This document shows, piece by piece, positions 1-9,490 of a stretch of DNA of 49,179 nucleotides (its first letter is position 1; every line of letters begins with the position of its first letter). Both the position numbers and the translations under genes were made by a program. Source of the DNA: an uncultured Gammaproteobacteria bacterium (GTDB lineage Bacteria; Patescibacteriota; Patescibacteriia; Patescibacteriales; UBA12465). The notes below the pieces were generated by a model. That model saw only the letters and a list, made by a program, of their open reading frames with translations. It had not been told where the DNA came from and did not search any database. Where the stretch lies: contig CAZCQW010000009.1 in NCBI GenBank assembly GCA_964500975.1, positions 2,823 to 52,001 of the forward strand. Reading direction: 5' to 3'.

Positions 1-428
1 ATATCATTAATAGCTAAAGATATTTTATTAGCTTCAGTTGGTTGCGGGTGGTAAACATAAACTTCAATTATACCAGTATCACCCTTAGTCTTAGTTTGAA
101 CTGTCTTTTGCCATTTTTCTATTTGTTGGTTATAGCTACCTGTAAAGTAATTATCGTTAATATTATATTGGGAGCTAATTACTCTATCATAAAAAGAGCT
201 AGAATAAACAACCTCGGCAAATAAATTTCCTAAATATTCATTAGATTTCGATAAAGTATAGGCATCATTATTCGATGAGTTCTGAACAACTAATAGGCGT
301 GATTTAACCGTATATTTCATTGTTTGAGATAGAGAAAATACTATAGTTAGCATAACAATAACAAGAACTAAGGTGAAAATTGTTTGTTTTTTCTTTTTTA
401 TCAGGTTTAAAAATTCATTGAATTCCAT
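1..428 (-). CDS. Wzz-like polysaccharide chain-length determinant protein (partial, runs off window start)
   Basis: Not in the ORF track. Minus-strand ATG at 428-426, and my translation has no stop down to position 1: MEFNEFLNLIKKKKQTIFTLVLVIVMLTIVFSLSQTMKYTVKSRLLVVQNSS...GIIEVYVYHPQPTEANKISLAIND. Short N-terminus, one TM helix, then an exported segment, as in Wzz N-terminal domains. Confidence 0.6.
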   Translation of the reverse strand, partial: MEFNEFLNLIKKKKQTIFTLVLVIVMLTIVFSLSQTMKYTVKSRLLVVQNSSNNDAYTLSKSNEYLGNLFAEVVYSSSFYDRVISSQYNINDNYFTGSYNQQIEKWQKTVQTKTKGDTGIIEVYVYHPQPTEANKISLAIND

Positions 429-542
429 ATTTCGTTTGCTTATATTTATATTTAACTTTTTCACTATACTACATTTATTTTTATTTGTCAAGTCCCTCTA
501 AATCAGAAGGCCCTGCTTGCGCTCGCGCACCAGCGCCCACCC

Positions 543-571
543 TTGACATATTCATAAATATTATGTATAAT
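543..571 (+). promoter_or_regulatory. sigma70-type promoter, TTGACA-17-TATAAT
   Basis: TTGACA at 543-548, a 17-nt spacer, TATAAT at 566-571, about 60 nt upstream of the ATG at 633. Confidence 0.7.
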
Positions 572-632
572 AACTTGAAGTTTATAAAATAAAATATATT
601 AATTTAAATATACTTAAATAAAGAAAAAAAAT

Positions 633-1922
633 ATGCGCAAACTTTTAATTTCATCCGTTATAATGATATCGGCTATTTCCCTCTTTTTTGTTGTTTCACC
701 GGCAAAGAGTCGTTTAGCCTCTTACTATTCAGGTGATGCTATTTCTTATCAAAATGGTCTGTATGTTTATAGTACGAACACTGGAGTGTTAGAGGTTTTT
801 TATCTTGATAATAGCAATTTAAATTTACTTGGCTCGGTTCAGTTAAAGGACGAGAGATTTGGAACTAACGTTGATTTTTTTGATTCAAAGTTATCCGAAG
901 AAAATGATCGTCTGTATGTTTATGCGGTAAGTAATTACAGTCTTTATAAATATGAAGTTACTTCTTCAAAGAATTTAGTTTTAGAGAAAAAGACTGCCAA
1001 CACTTATTGGGAGTGGTATAACCGAGTAGATAAATTTAATGGAGACCTTGTAACAATTAGTGCTAAGGGGGTTAAAGTTTGGAACTCAAATTTAGATGTT
1101 GTAAATACATATAACTTTGCTAACGCTGAAGCTCCTTACAATATTAGTGGTGATAATCCTAAGTATTTTTTAAGTATAAATGAAACCAGTGGATCTCTTG
1201 AGGTTTACGACAAAGAATCTCGAATCGTAATCACTAAAATACCTTTCAATTTTCTACATAAAAAAGGTAATCGTCGCGCCTTTCAAGATGCGGCTGGGTA
1301 TATCTATTTAGTTGATGATTCAAATGTTAAGAAGTTTAATGTTTCTGGAAAACTATTGGCTAGTTATAAGCACCTTGATTTTCAAGGATTCGATATTGCC
1401 ACAAGTTTGAATTCTGATAGCCTGTATTTTTCTAATGGAGCTGGCATCGTTAAACTTGACTCTGAAATGAAGTTAGAAAATTTTGCCTGGACTACAAATT
1501 TAGGTGGTCAATCCAGTTGGGCTATGGGGCTTAAAGTTGTTAATAGTAACGGTGACAAGGTTGTAGTTTTTAATAATACCAATATCTTGGTTTTAGATAA
1601 AAATTTGAAAAAAATTGACTCTATTCAGTCAACTAAGCAAGAAGACAATGAATATCCAAGTGAAAATATGTTTTTAAATTTGGATAAAAATCGCGCGGGA
1701 GTAAATTCGGATTTAACCATATCTGGCGGAGGTTTCCTTCCTAAAGAATCATTAAATATCGGATTTATAGATGCAACTAGTACCGTAGCTGTACAGGCTG
1801 ATAGTCGTGGTCGTTTTAGTAAAACAATTAAGGTTCCAAATTTAGTGAAAAAAAATACAGATATTAAGGTTAGTGGAGATAAGTCAAAGCTTCACTATAA
1901 TATATCATTTATTGTTGAATAA
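633..1922 (+). CDS. secreted repeat protein (beta-propeller-like, function unknown)
   Basis: 429-aa ORF. N-terminal signal/anchor MRKLLISSVIMISAISLFFVVSPAKS. Repeated LYVY / YxYEV strand-like motifs. Own promoter and terminator. Confidence 0.7.
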   Translation: MRKLLISSVIMISAISLFFVVSPAKSRLASYYSGDAISYQNGLYVYSTNTGVLEVFYLDNSNLNLLGSVQLKDERFGTNVDFFDSKLSEENDRLYVYAVSNYSLYKYEVTSSKNLVLEKKTANTYWEWYNRVDKFNGDLVTISAKGVKVWNSNLDVVNTYNFANAEAPYNISGDNPKYFLSINETSGSLEVYDKESRIVITKIPFNFLHKKGNRRAFQDAAGYIYLVDDSNVKKFNVSGKLLASYKHLDFQGFDIATSLNSDSLYFSNGAGIVKLDSEMKLENFAWTTNLGGQSSWAMGLKVVNSNGDKVVVFNNTNILVLDKNLKKIDSIQSTKQEDNEYPSENMFLNLDKNRAGVNSDLTISGGGFLPKESLNIGFIDATSTVAVQADSRGRFSKTIKVPNLVKKNTDIKVSGDKSKLHYNISFIVE

Positions 1923-1933
1923 ATTAACATAAC

Positions 1934-1968
1934 AAAAAACACCCCTTTTAATAAGGGGTGTTTTTTTG
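1934..1968. terminator. bidirectional intrinsic terminator
   Basis: Stem aacacccctt (1938-1947) / aaggggtgtt (1953-1962), A-run before and T-run after. Sits between convergent genes. Confidence 0.85.
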
Positions 1969-1972
1969 TGGT

Positions 1973-3202
1973 TTATTTCTTTAGTATTTCTTGATAAATC
2001 TTCTTGACCGCTACGGAATTATTTTTCATAGTATATCCCTTTACGCTTTCTGCTGCATTATTCTCCATCATCGTCTTATTATTAATATTGTCTAAGTCAC
2101 GAATTTTAGCGGCTAAGTCATTTTTATCACCCGCTTTAAATAATAAGCCATTTTGTCCATGCTTAATGATTTCAGGCATGCCGCCAATATTTGAAGCTAT
2201 TACCAATTTTCCTAAGTTAAGCGCCTCTAGGAGGCTCAGGGGCATGTTTTCATACCATATAGAAGGAATTACTACTGCCTGAGCTTTCAAGATAATTGAC
2301 TTTAACTCCTCGCCATTTTTAAATCCAAGAAAATCAGCTTCAACTTTTAAATAGTTTGCTAATTGTTTTAAATTTTCTTCTTCTGGTCCGATGCCAACAA
2401 ATTTAAGTTTACTATTAGATATCGCCGCTGCTTCAATTAAGATTCTTAGACCCTTCTCTTCTGATAGTCTGCCAAAGAAAAGCAAATAATTTTCTTCCGA
2501 AATATTTAATGAGCGACCTTCCTTTAAGAGCTCACTTGAGAAAGGGTTTATTACGACTCTTATCTTACTTTCCGGCCAGGCAAAAGAAACTAATTTTTCT
2601 TTCATGAAATTGCTTGGCGCTATGAAAGTGTTAATACTATTCTCGTATACTTTTAAAACGGAATGATGGATAAACATCTCAAGCGCCGCCAATGTGCTTT
2701 TAGCTAAAGAATTTTTAAAGCATCTCTTTCTAATGCAATTAAAGTATTTTTTTGGATTACAATCTTCGCAAGTTTTGCCGTTTATAAATAGCTGATAGTT
2801 CGGACAGATTAATTTATAATCATGTAGATGCATGACTACGGGGATTTTATACCGACGAGCGATATCTAAGATAGACGGTGAAATTTGGTGGTATATATTG
2901 TGAATATGAATAATGTCGGGCTTAAAATCATTAACTAGTTTTTTAAACTTTCTTTTTGCCTCTAGACTATAAATAACTCTTTCAGGAGCTTTTAAAAAAT
3001 TTAATGCGGCGCCCTCATTAAAACTAAAACGAGAAACAAAGTATTTAGCATAAGGACTAGCTAAATTTTTTGGGTGATGCATAGAAAATATAGCAACTTC
3101 ATCTCCTTGTTTTTCTAGCTCATGACTTAAGTCAATAAAATATTTATCAGCCCCACCACGAGGATAATTAAATTTATTTACGTTTAGTATTTTCATATTC
3201 AT
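1973..3202 (-). CDS. GT4-family glycosyltransferase
   Basis: 409 aa. GT-B C-terminal signature FGRLSEEKG ... PSIWYENMPLSLLEALNLGKLVIASNIGGMPEII..GQNGLLF (EX7E-type). Confidence 0.85.
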   Translation of the reverse strand: MNMKILNVNKFNYPRGGADKYFIDLSHELEKQGDEVAIFSMHHPKNLASPYAKYFVSRFSFNEGAALNFLKAPERVIYSLEAKRKFKKLVNDFKPDIIHIHNIYHQISPSILDIARRYKIPVVMHLHDYKLICPNYQLFINGKTCEDCNPKKYFNCIRKRCFKNSLAKSTLAALEMFIHHSVLKVYENSINTFIAPSNFMKEKLVSFAWPESKIRVVINPFSSELLKEGRSLNISEENYLLFFGRLSEEKGLRILIEAAAISNSKLKFVGIGPEEENLKQLANYLKVEADFLGFKNGEELKSIILKAQAVVIPSIWYENMPLSLLEALNLGKLVIASNIGGMPEIIKHGQNGLLFKAGDKNDLAAKIRDLDNINNKTMMENNAAESVKGYTMKNNSVAVKKIYQEILKK

Positions 3203-4292
3203 TTAATAAGGCTTCGTAAGCGTTTTTGTAATTTTCGATCATTACTTCTAGGCTAAATTTTTTAGTAACTATTTCGTGCGCGATCCTTATTTTTTCGTGT
3301 ATTTCAGGGCTGTTAAAATTATCGATTAAATAATCAATCTTTTCGGCTAAATCATTAGAGTTTTTGCTTTCAAATAGTAGCCCACTTTTTTCACTAATAA
3401 TCTCTCTTACGCCGTCTATCCCGCTCGCGATAACTGGTTTTTTAAGGGCCACCGCCTCTAAAATTGCTAGACCTAATCCTTCCCATTCTGAAGGAAAAAT
3501 AAATATATCAATTTCAGATAGGAATTTTTTTGCTTCAACTAACCCTAAGAGATTAATTCTGTTTTCTAATTTTAAATTTGTAATTTGGTTTTTTAAATCT
3601 TTTTCCAGTTCCCCACTTCCGGCAATATTAACTTTATAATTTTTATGTTTTGTTTTACCTACGGCTTCTATTAAAGTAGTAAAACCTTTTTGCTTACTCA
3701 GTCTGCCAAGAGCGCCAATTGTGTATGCATCTTTTTTATTATTATCATTTTCACCTTCATTTTTAAAAATATCTAAATCAATTCCGTTATAAATTGTTTC
3801 AATCTTTTTAGGGTTTAAATTATAACGTTTAATAGCGTCTTCTTTGACAGCATTAGAGACGGCAAATATTTTATCTGCATACTTAGCGCTTAAAGTTTTT
3901 AGATAAGCAGCTCCAATATTTTCGGTATGATTTAAATTATGTTCAGTTGAAACAATAATTGGTGTTTTATTAAGCCATGCCGCTATTCGCCCGTAAATAT
4001 CTCCACCTAAATGAGTATGAACGATATCAGGTTTTATGCGTTTAATAGTCTTAAATATTTTATAAAAGTTTATTAAATCAATTAAATATTTTTTTTGTAA
4101 AGAGATTACTTCGATTCCGCGAGAGTTTAAAATTATTTTAAAATCTTCGCCGCTACTATTTTCTTTAAATAATAAAAGACTAAGAGAAAATTTTTCAGAA
4201 TTAAGATTATTCAAAATATTGAAACAGACTCTTTCAGCGCCGCCGCGACTAAGATTTGGCAAGATGTGAAGAATCTTGATTTTTTTTTGCAT
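3174..4292 (-). CDS. GT4-family glycosyltransferase
   Basis: The ORF is open from a TTG at 4319, but the ATG at 4292 (MQKKIKILHILPNLSRGGAE) is the typical GT4 N-terminus. C-terminal FPSEWEGLGLAILEAVALKKPVIAS..GVREII motif. Confidence 0.85.
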   Translation of the reverse strand: MQKKIKILHILPNLSRGGAERVCFNILNNLNSEKFSLSLLLFKENSSGEDFKIILNSRGIEVISLQKKYLIDLINFYKIFKTIKRIKPDIVHTHLGGDIYGRIAAWLNKTPIIVSTEHNLNHTENIGAAYLKTLSAKYADKIFAVSNAVKEDAIKRYNLNPKKIETIYNGIDLDIFKNEGENDNNKKDAYTIGALGRLSKQKGFTTLIEAVGKTKHKNYKVNIAGSGELEKDLKNQITNLKLENRINLLGLVEAKKFLSEIDIFIFPSEWEGLGLAILEAVALKKPVIASGIDGVREIISEKSGLLFESKNSNDLAEKIDYLIDNFNSPEIHEKIRIAHEIVTKKFSLEVMIENYKNAYEALLNEYENTKRK

Positions 4293-5553
4293 ATTTTTGC
4301 TCAGAAAATTTAATTGCAAGTAGAAACAGCATTAACGGAAACCAAACCTTGCCTTTGTAGTAAGAAGTATTTAAAAATTGAAAGAATATCCCACCCATAG
4401 CCGCTAAAGCAAATGGTAGTACCCATTTTACTTTAGGGTAGTATTTCTTAATCGCCAGAAAGCTCAGCTTAACTAAATAAGCCAAAATTAATAGCCATGA
4501 CGCTAGACCAAATAGGCCATTTTCGGCTAAAACCTTTTGAATAACGCCATGGGAATCAATGGGTTCGCCATATTTAGCCTTGAATCTTATATTTTTATCA
4601 ACTAGATTAATAAATTCTCCACTGCCTTGTCCGAAAATAGGTTTTTCCTTGAATGCATTGATAGCAATTTCACTTAACAGTAAGCGATTTTCAGTCGAGC
4701 TAGTATTGTTATTTTGAAGTACGTTCATTTTCCAAAGTAAGGGTGAGATGATGATTAGAGAAAATAGCATTAACATAACTACTCCTAACTTCTCCTTCTT
4801 GTCGTTTCTGGTTCGATAGTATAGGTAAATAGCAAGTTGCAGAATCAAGATTATCCAGCCTGTTTTAGAAAATGTAATAATGACTCCAATCGCACATAGA
4901 ATAAAGATTATATCAGTTACTTTCTTCGATAATTTTCCTTTTACAAATTCCCTGATTATTAAAACAAGGAAAACGCCAATGTTTAAAAATTCAGCGATAA
5001 GATTATGGTTTTCTCCAAACGGATAAGAATTAAATAAGTATAGCGACTTCATTCGAAAGAAGCTGTTCTGCCAGTCTTGGCCATACAGAGAAAGATAGCC
5101 AGACGTTAAAACCGCTAGAACGCTAATAAAGACGAATATAATGGTTTTTTTTAATGTCTTTATATCCGAAATTGCGTTAAAGGGGACAAATATATAGGCA
5201 AAGTATAAGAAGAAAGGCCAACGTAAGAAATAATATACTGAGCTTAAGGGGTCGGCGGCAAAAATACTAGATAATATATTAGCAAGGAAAAACATTAAAA
5301 AAGGAAAACGTATAGGCCATTTTAATTTTACACTCTCTTGCGGATTGAATAATTTTTTAGCGATTAGGTTTGTAAAAAATCCAAGAAGACTTAAAATGGC
5401 AACTAAATCACCTAAAGGTATAACAAAATTAAAAATTGAAAAATCACTACCAATTATTGGTAGACAGATAGCAGTTAAATAAACACCGATTTTTGGCTTT
5501 AATGCGCTTAATAGAAAAATTAATAAAGCGCTTATAGCTAGTAGTATGCTCAT
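4249..5553 (-). CDS. O-antigen ligase/polymerase-like (Wzy_C-type) polytopic membrane protein
   Basis: About 10-12 hydrophobic helices plus a large loop. The likely start is the ATG at 5553 (MSILLAISALL); the longer ORF to 5649 would overlap the upstream gene. Confidence 0.7.
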   Translation of the reverse strand: MSILLAISALLIFLLSALKPKIGVYLTAICLPIIGSDFSIFNFVIPLGDLVAILSLLGFFTNLIAKKLFNPQESVKLKWPIRFPFLMFFLANILSSIFAADPLSSVYYFLRWPFFLYFAYIFVPFNAISDIKTLKKTIIFVFISVLAVLTSGYLSLYGQDWQNSFFRMKSLYLFNSYPFGENHNLIAEFLNIGVFLVLIIREFVKGKLSKKVTDIIFILCAIGVIITFSKTGWIILILQLAIYLYYRTRNDKKEKLGVVMLMLFSLIIISPLLWKMNVLQNNNTSSTENRLLLSEIAINAFKEKPIFGQGSGEFINLVDKNIRFKAKYGEPIDSHGVIQKVLAENGLFGLASWLLILAYLVKLSFLAIKKYYPKVKWVLPFALAAMGGIFFQFLNTSYYKGKVWFPLMLFLLAIKFSEQKYAKKNQDSSHLAKS

Positions 5554-5599
5554 ATAAATTATATCATAACTTAAAAAACAAAATAAAAAAAGGCCAAAA

Positions 5600-6727
5600 C
5601 TAGGTTTTGACCTTATGGTATATTTTACCACTTCTCTTTTCCGGATCAACTACGACTAATCCTCTTTGAAACTCGCGGTAAAAAAATTTTCCTTTTGAAA
5701 ACATTTTCCCCTTAGGTTTTCCTAAATTAATGTTTAATTCTTGAAAATTACTTGCGTTATCTTGGCCTATGGCTAAATAGACATTATCTAGTAGCAAGCT
5801 ACTAGCTAAGCCAAACATCAAATCATTTTCCGAAACCTGGAAAATTGTTATCTTACCGGTTCTTTTAGCATTGTTCATGCATTGAAACCAACCTCCAGCC
5901 CTTTTTGAACCTAAATAATCGTTGGGAAATTTTTCAAAAAATTTCCCATCCAATTTATCAAGAAAATGTAGATCGCCTTTGTTTCCAATAATTGGCAGAC
6001 CAGCTTCCTTGATAATTGATAAATAATTATTTATTCCTTTTTTCCATTCGGAGTCGACAAGTTTATCACTATCAGCTTGACCGTCAAAATTAATGTCTAT
6101 CTTCTCAGGCTTGTTTTCGTAAACCCAGGAAATATTAGCGGTACAATTATCCTGGAAATATCCATCCCAAATTGTATCAGATAAAATTTCTGAACTTATT
6201 TTTTTTGCCATCCAGGTTGAATAGTCTCTTAACCAGATTTTCGGACAAGAATTAGACATATTTAACATCGTCATTCCTGGCCAAAAAGTTGCGAAATTAT
6301 TAGTAACATCTGGACTATTCGTCCTAAGCAGCCACTGAGCCTTATTTTCAATTATTTCGTCTATTACACTATTTTGCCAAGGTCTGTTGTTATACTTCGT
6401 GAGAAATATTTCCATGGGGTTGCTGTAGCAAAATAGTTTTAGATTTGGATTTAATTTCTTCAAGGTGACTAAGATTTCGCGATTATTGAAAATGTTTTCC
6501 AAGTCCGCAATAACCAAGTCATGTTTTGCTAGGTTATTAGCATTTTCTTGGGTCATTATTGGACTTGTCCAATAAGCTGCAGTTCTTATTCTATAAGTTT
6601 CTAGAGTATGCTTTGCATACTCTTCTTGTGATCTATTTTTTGCATTCGGCTTGTTTATTTTTACATAAATCAAGAAGCCCAAAAACATACAAAGAAAAGC
6701 AATAATAATTATTAATATTTTTTTCAT
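5600..6727 (-). CDS. putative glycoside-hydrolase-like TIM-barrel protein (GH114/GHL-type), membrane anchored
   Basis: 375 aa, N-terminal TM anchor. AKHDLVIADLEN...LKKLNPNLKLFCYSNPMEIF resembles GH114/TM1410-like barrels. Assignment by eye only. Confidence 0.45.
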   Translation of the reverse strand: MKKILIIIIAFLCMFLGFLIYVKINKPNAKNRSQEEYAKHTLETYRIRTAAYWTSPIMTQENANNLAKHDLVIADLENIFNNREILVTLKKLNPNLKLFCYSNPMEIFLTKYNNRPWQNSVIDEIIENKAQWLLRTNSPDVTNNFATFWPGMTMLNMSNSCPKIWLRDYSTWMAKKISSEILSDTIWDGYFQDNCTANISWVYENKPEKIDINFDGQADSDKLVDSEWKKGINNYLSIIKEAGLPIIGNKGDLHFLDKLDGKFFEKFPNDYLGSKRAGGWFQCMNNAKRTGKITIFQVSENDLMFGLASSLLLDNVYLAIGQDNASNFQELNINLGKPKGKMFSKGKFFYREFQRGLVVVDPEKRSGKIYHKVKT

Positions 6728-6769
6728 TTTCCTATTTTTTTAAGGTACGAGTTTAAATGTTTATGTATT

Positions 6770-6798
6770 ATAATATAATATTTACTAGATTTTGTCAA
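6770..6798 (-). promoter_or_regulatory. sigma70-type promoter TTGACA-17-TATTAT (minus strand)
   Basis: tgtcaa at 6793-6798 and ataata at 6770-6775 on the plus strand, 17-nt spacer. Upstream of the gene starting at 6727. Confidence 0.65.
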
Positions 6799-6802
6799 CA
6801 AC

Positions 6803-6828
6803 AAAAAACAGACACTTACGTGCCTGTT
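6803..6828 (-). terminator. intrinsic terminator after the DUF4012 gene
   Basis: 9-bp stem 6807-6815 / 6820-6828. One position pairs as G.U only on the minus-strand RNA. Followed by a U-run (plus-strand A-run 6803-6808). Confidence 0.75.
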
Positions 6829-6851
6829 TCCTAATGTGCGGTTTTTTTATC

Positions 6852-7868
6852 TTATTGTTTAAATACCTTGTCAGTGTTTAAATCACTAGACCAATTAAGA
6901 CTCTTATTTTTTTGAGGATTTAAGTTGACTTTTAATTCCTGGGTACGGCGTCCAGATTGTTTTTGGACAAGAAGTTCATATTTGTTATTAGTGATTGAGT
7001 CGTTAATCTTGCTAGGTAAGGAATAGTTTAGAGTAATTTCCTTTTCTGTCCCTGGCTCAGTAGTAAAGAAGAATCCAAAAATAGTTTTATTCAAAATTGG
7101 ATCATCAAGAACGGTCCAATCAGCTTTTTCTTTGTCTAGTCCGGACGAGGCAATTAAATGACTGCCCATTGGTGCGTATATTCTTGTGTAGCTACGATAG
7201 CGAGTTGTTCTCCAATTAAAATCACCTTCATGTCGATAGTTTAAAGTTAGACTTGCGCTGGTGCTGCCATTTTTTTGATTGACGTTATAAGTTATTCTTT
7301 TTTTAACAACCGCATCGCTTTTGAAAGCGGCTAAGTTAGCGTCCACCACCATTAGAAAGTCTGAGTCCACTTGCTTTACTTCCCCGCTGGCGCCAATTTC
7401 TTTAACCAAGCTTTGCAAGCCCTCGTCCGGAAAATATAATTGAATATTTTTTTCTGCAATATTTTTGTCAATTGTTTTCATTAAGTTTGACCACGACCCA
7501 GAAGGTAAATTAAAAAGTCTAATTTTTAATTCGTTTAATAGTTCATTGATAACATCTTTTCTATCCCAAGAAGAAATATTTCTGTCTTTATAGGCGATTT
7601 CAACGTTGTATTGAAGTAGTTCTTGAAAATTTTCTGGAGTATATGTTTCACCTTTAATAGTAATCGGTCCGACAATTCTTATTAAATCAACAATAAAATC
7701 AGGATTAATAGCAATAATGCTAGAAAAATTAGGCGCCGCTTGGCCAAGCGATAGACTTTCGCCGGTGTATATCTCATTTATTTTTTGAGCAGATAAAGAC
7801 CAGTCAGGAACCCAGTTAGCATCTCTTAGATACCAGTTTTCAACCCCTAAATATTTTTTTATTGGCAC
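6852..7868 (-). CDS. DUF4012 protein, C-terminal part (downstream half of a split gene)
   Basis: 338-aa ORF. The frame stays open upstream of its GTG (..RPAGRHKWIKEPPVPIKKYLGVENWYLRDANW), so it continues the upstream ORF in another frame. Confidence 0.7.
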   Translation of the reverse strand: MPIKKYLGVENWYLRDANWVPDWSLSAQKINEIYTGESLSLGQAAPNFSSIIAINPDFIVDLIRIVGPITIKGETYTPENFQELLQYNVEIAYKDRNISSWDRKDVINELLNELKIRLFNLPSGSWSNLMKTIDKNIAEKNIQLYFPDEGLQSLVKEIGASGEVKQVDSDFLMVVDANLAAFKSDAVVKKRITYNVNQKNGSTSASLTLNYRHEGDFNWRTTRYRSYTRIYAPMGSHLIASSGLDKEKADWTVLDDPILNKTIFGFFFTTEPGTEKEITLNYSLPSKINDSITNNKYELLVQKQSGRRTQELKVNLNPQKNKSLNWSSDLNTDKVFKQ

Positions 7869-8749
7869 AGGAGGTTCTTTAATCCATTTGTGACGGCCGG
7901 CAGGTCTAGATGATAGCTGTCGTTAGTACTTAACGAGATTATGTCGCCATTCCTGGTTTTGGCCAACCCGAAAACGCCGATGAATCCGCCACTAGGTCTA
8001 AGTTCGTCATTATTTTGTAGTATTATAAGTAAGTCGCTTTCATTAGGATATCCTCCTAGCGCGGGTAGCAGTTTGGCTAGCGGAGCTAAATTAGAACTTA
8101 AAGCAGTTGCTTCCTGTAGTTGAAATTTATACTCATTAATTTGATCATAAATAGGCCAAAGAATTCCTATTTTATGTATTTTATTAATATTAAGAAGGGC
8201 TAGGTTAAGATTTGCCTTTAATCCGTTAAGTTCAGGTCCCGACTCATAAACTAATTTTAAAAATTTAGCCTTATCCTCTTCTTTTAGATTTGTAAAATTT
8301 TCTCCAGCCGCACCACTTCTAATTTTATCCAAGCTGCTTACCAAAGGAATAGATCTTTCTAATGTTCGGCTTAAGATTTCGGTTGTTTTAAAAAGATACT
8401 CTAGGTCTTTAACCTGAGTTTGAAAAAAAGAAATATTTCTAATAATAAAATTATTTTTTGATTTATCTAGGTTTTTTAATGTTTCGGAAAAACTTAAGGT
8501 GGCATTTTGTGAGCTTTTTAGGGCTTCATCCCAATTTTTCGTTTTAACTTGAGCAATTGCTTGGCTTAACTGACCCTTTCCTTTTAAACCTAGAGTATAG
8601 GCTGATTGAAAATCTTTATAGGTATTACTTAAAAGTATAATTAAAACAACAAAAACCAAAACACTAGTAATTAATGTGTATTTTAGTAATTTAAGGATAA
8701 AACTCAATATATAGATAAATGAGTTTTTCATATTATTGTGTGGATACAT
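7859..8749 (-). CDS. DUF4012 protein, N-terminal part (TM anchor plus the ELRPSGGFIG core)
   Basis: 296 aa. N-terminal TM helix. LIILQNNDELRPSGGFIGVFGLAKTRNGDI is the hallmark DUF4012 motif. Terminates 10 nt inside the next ORF. Confidence 0.7.
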   Translation of the reverse strand: MYPHNNMKNSFIYILSFILKLLKYTLITSVLVFVVLIILLSNTYKDFQSAYTLGLKGKGQLSQAIAQVKTKNWDEALKSSQNATLSFSETLKNLDKSKNNFIIRNISFFQTQVKDLEYLFKTTEILSRTLERSIPLVSSLDKIRSGAAGENFTNLKEEDKAKFLKLVYESGPELNGLKANLNLALLNINKIHKIGILWPIYDQINEYKFQLQEATALSSNLAPLAKLLPALGGYPNESDLLIILQNNDELRPSGGFIGVFGLAKTRNGDIISLSTNDSYHLDLPAVTNGLKNLLCQ

Positions 8750-9410
8750 TGTCTATTAAAACAATTTTTTTACCATCTAAAATGGTATGAAGAAAAAGGT
8801 CCATTATTTCTTTGCGATAATTAAACTCCGTCTCATCCATAATGGTGAAGTTAATTTCATGGCCGAGTTCTTTTTCTAGGTCGCTAATAAGCTTGATAAA
8901 AATAGGACGTTTTATTTGTCCAACAATCAAAAGGTCGGTTTCTGCGTCTATTTGATTGGTGAAAAAGCCAGTTAGAACTAATAATTTTGGCGCAAAATTT
9001 TTCTCTAAACTAAGAATAAAATTTTGACTAGATAGTATTTGAGCTTTAATAAATAATGATTTTATTTTGGGGTAAAGGATAAAGGATTTATTTATTGAAA
9101 ATTGAGAAACCAAGTCTTCTTTTTTTTCTTTACTATTTTTCGCTGTTATTTTTTTTCCGGAACTTTTAGAATTATTTACGCCTGGTTTATTTAAATTTTT
9201 TTCTTCTACTTTCGTTTTTTCGATATTTAACTCCTTTGATTCATTAATTAGTCCTATTTTAAGAATATTTTCTATTTCCTTGCGGACAGTTGCAGATGAT
9301 ATTTTTAAATCACTAGAAATTTGAGAAACACAATATTTACTTTCAGGATGAAGTAAAAATAGATTAAGTAGTTTTACTCTGAGTTCGGAATTGAACAAAG
9401 CTTCAAGCAT
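8733..9410 (-). CDS. winged-helix (ArsR-like HTH) transcriptional regulator with extra C-terminal domain
   Basis: N-terminus LRVKLLNLFLLHPESKYCVSQISSDLKISSATVRKEIENILKIGLI is a wHTH. Lys-rich linker, then a C-terminal domain of about 100 aa. Confidence 0.6.
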   Translation of the reverse strand: MLEALFNSELRVKLLNLFLLHPESKYCVSQISSDLKISSATVRKEIENILKIGLINESKELNIEKTKVEEKNLNKPGVNNSKSSGKKITAKNSKEKKEDLVSQFSINKSFILYPKIKSLFIKAQILSSQNFILSLEKNFAPKLLVLTGFFTNQIDAETDLLIVGQIKRPIFIKLISDLEKELGHEINFTIMDETEFNYRKEIMDLFLHTILDGKKIVLIDNVSTQ

Positions 9411-9490
9411 ATTTTCTTTATTTATAAATTTATAGTATAATATATATCATAAACAGTCAAACAAAAAAACTCAATCTTAGGATTGAAATT

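Noticed and set aside
42-224. 60-aa plus-strand ORF at the window start
   Set aside because: It lies antisense inside the better-supported Wzz-like minus-strand reading frame (open from 428 to 1). The peptide is low complexity, with no promoter or start context.
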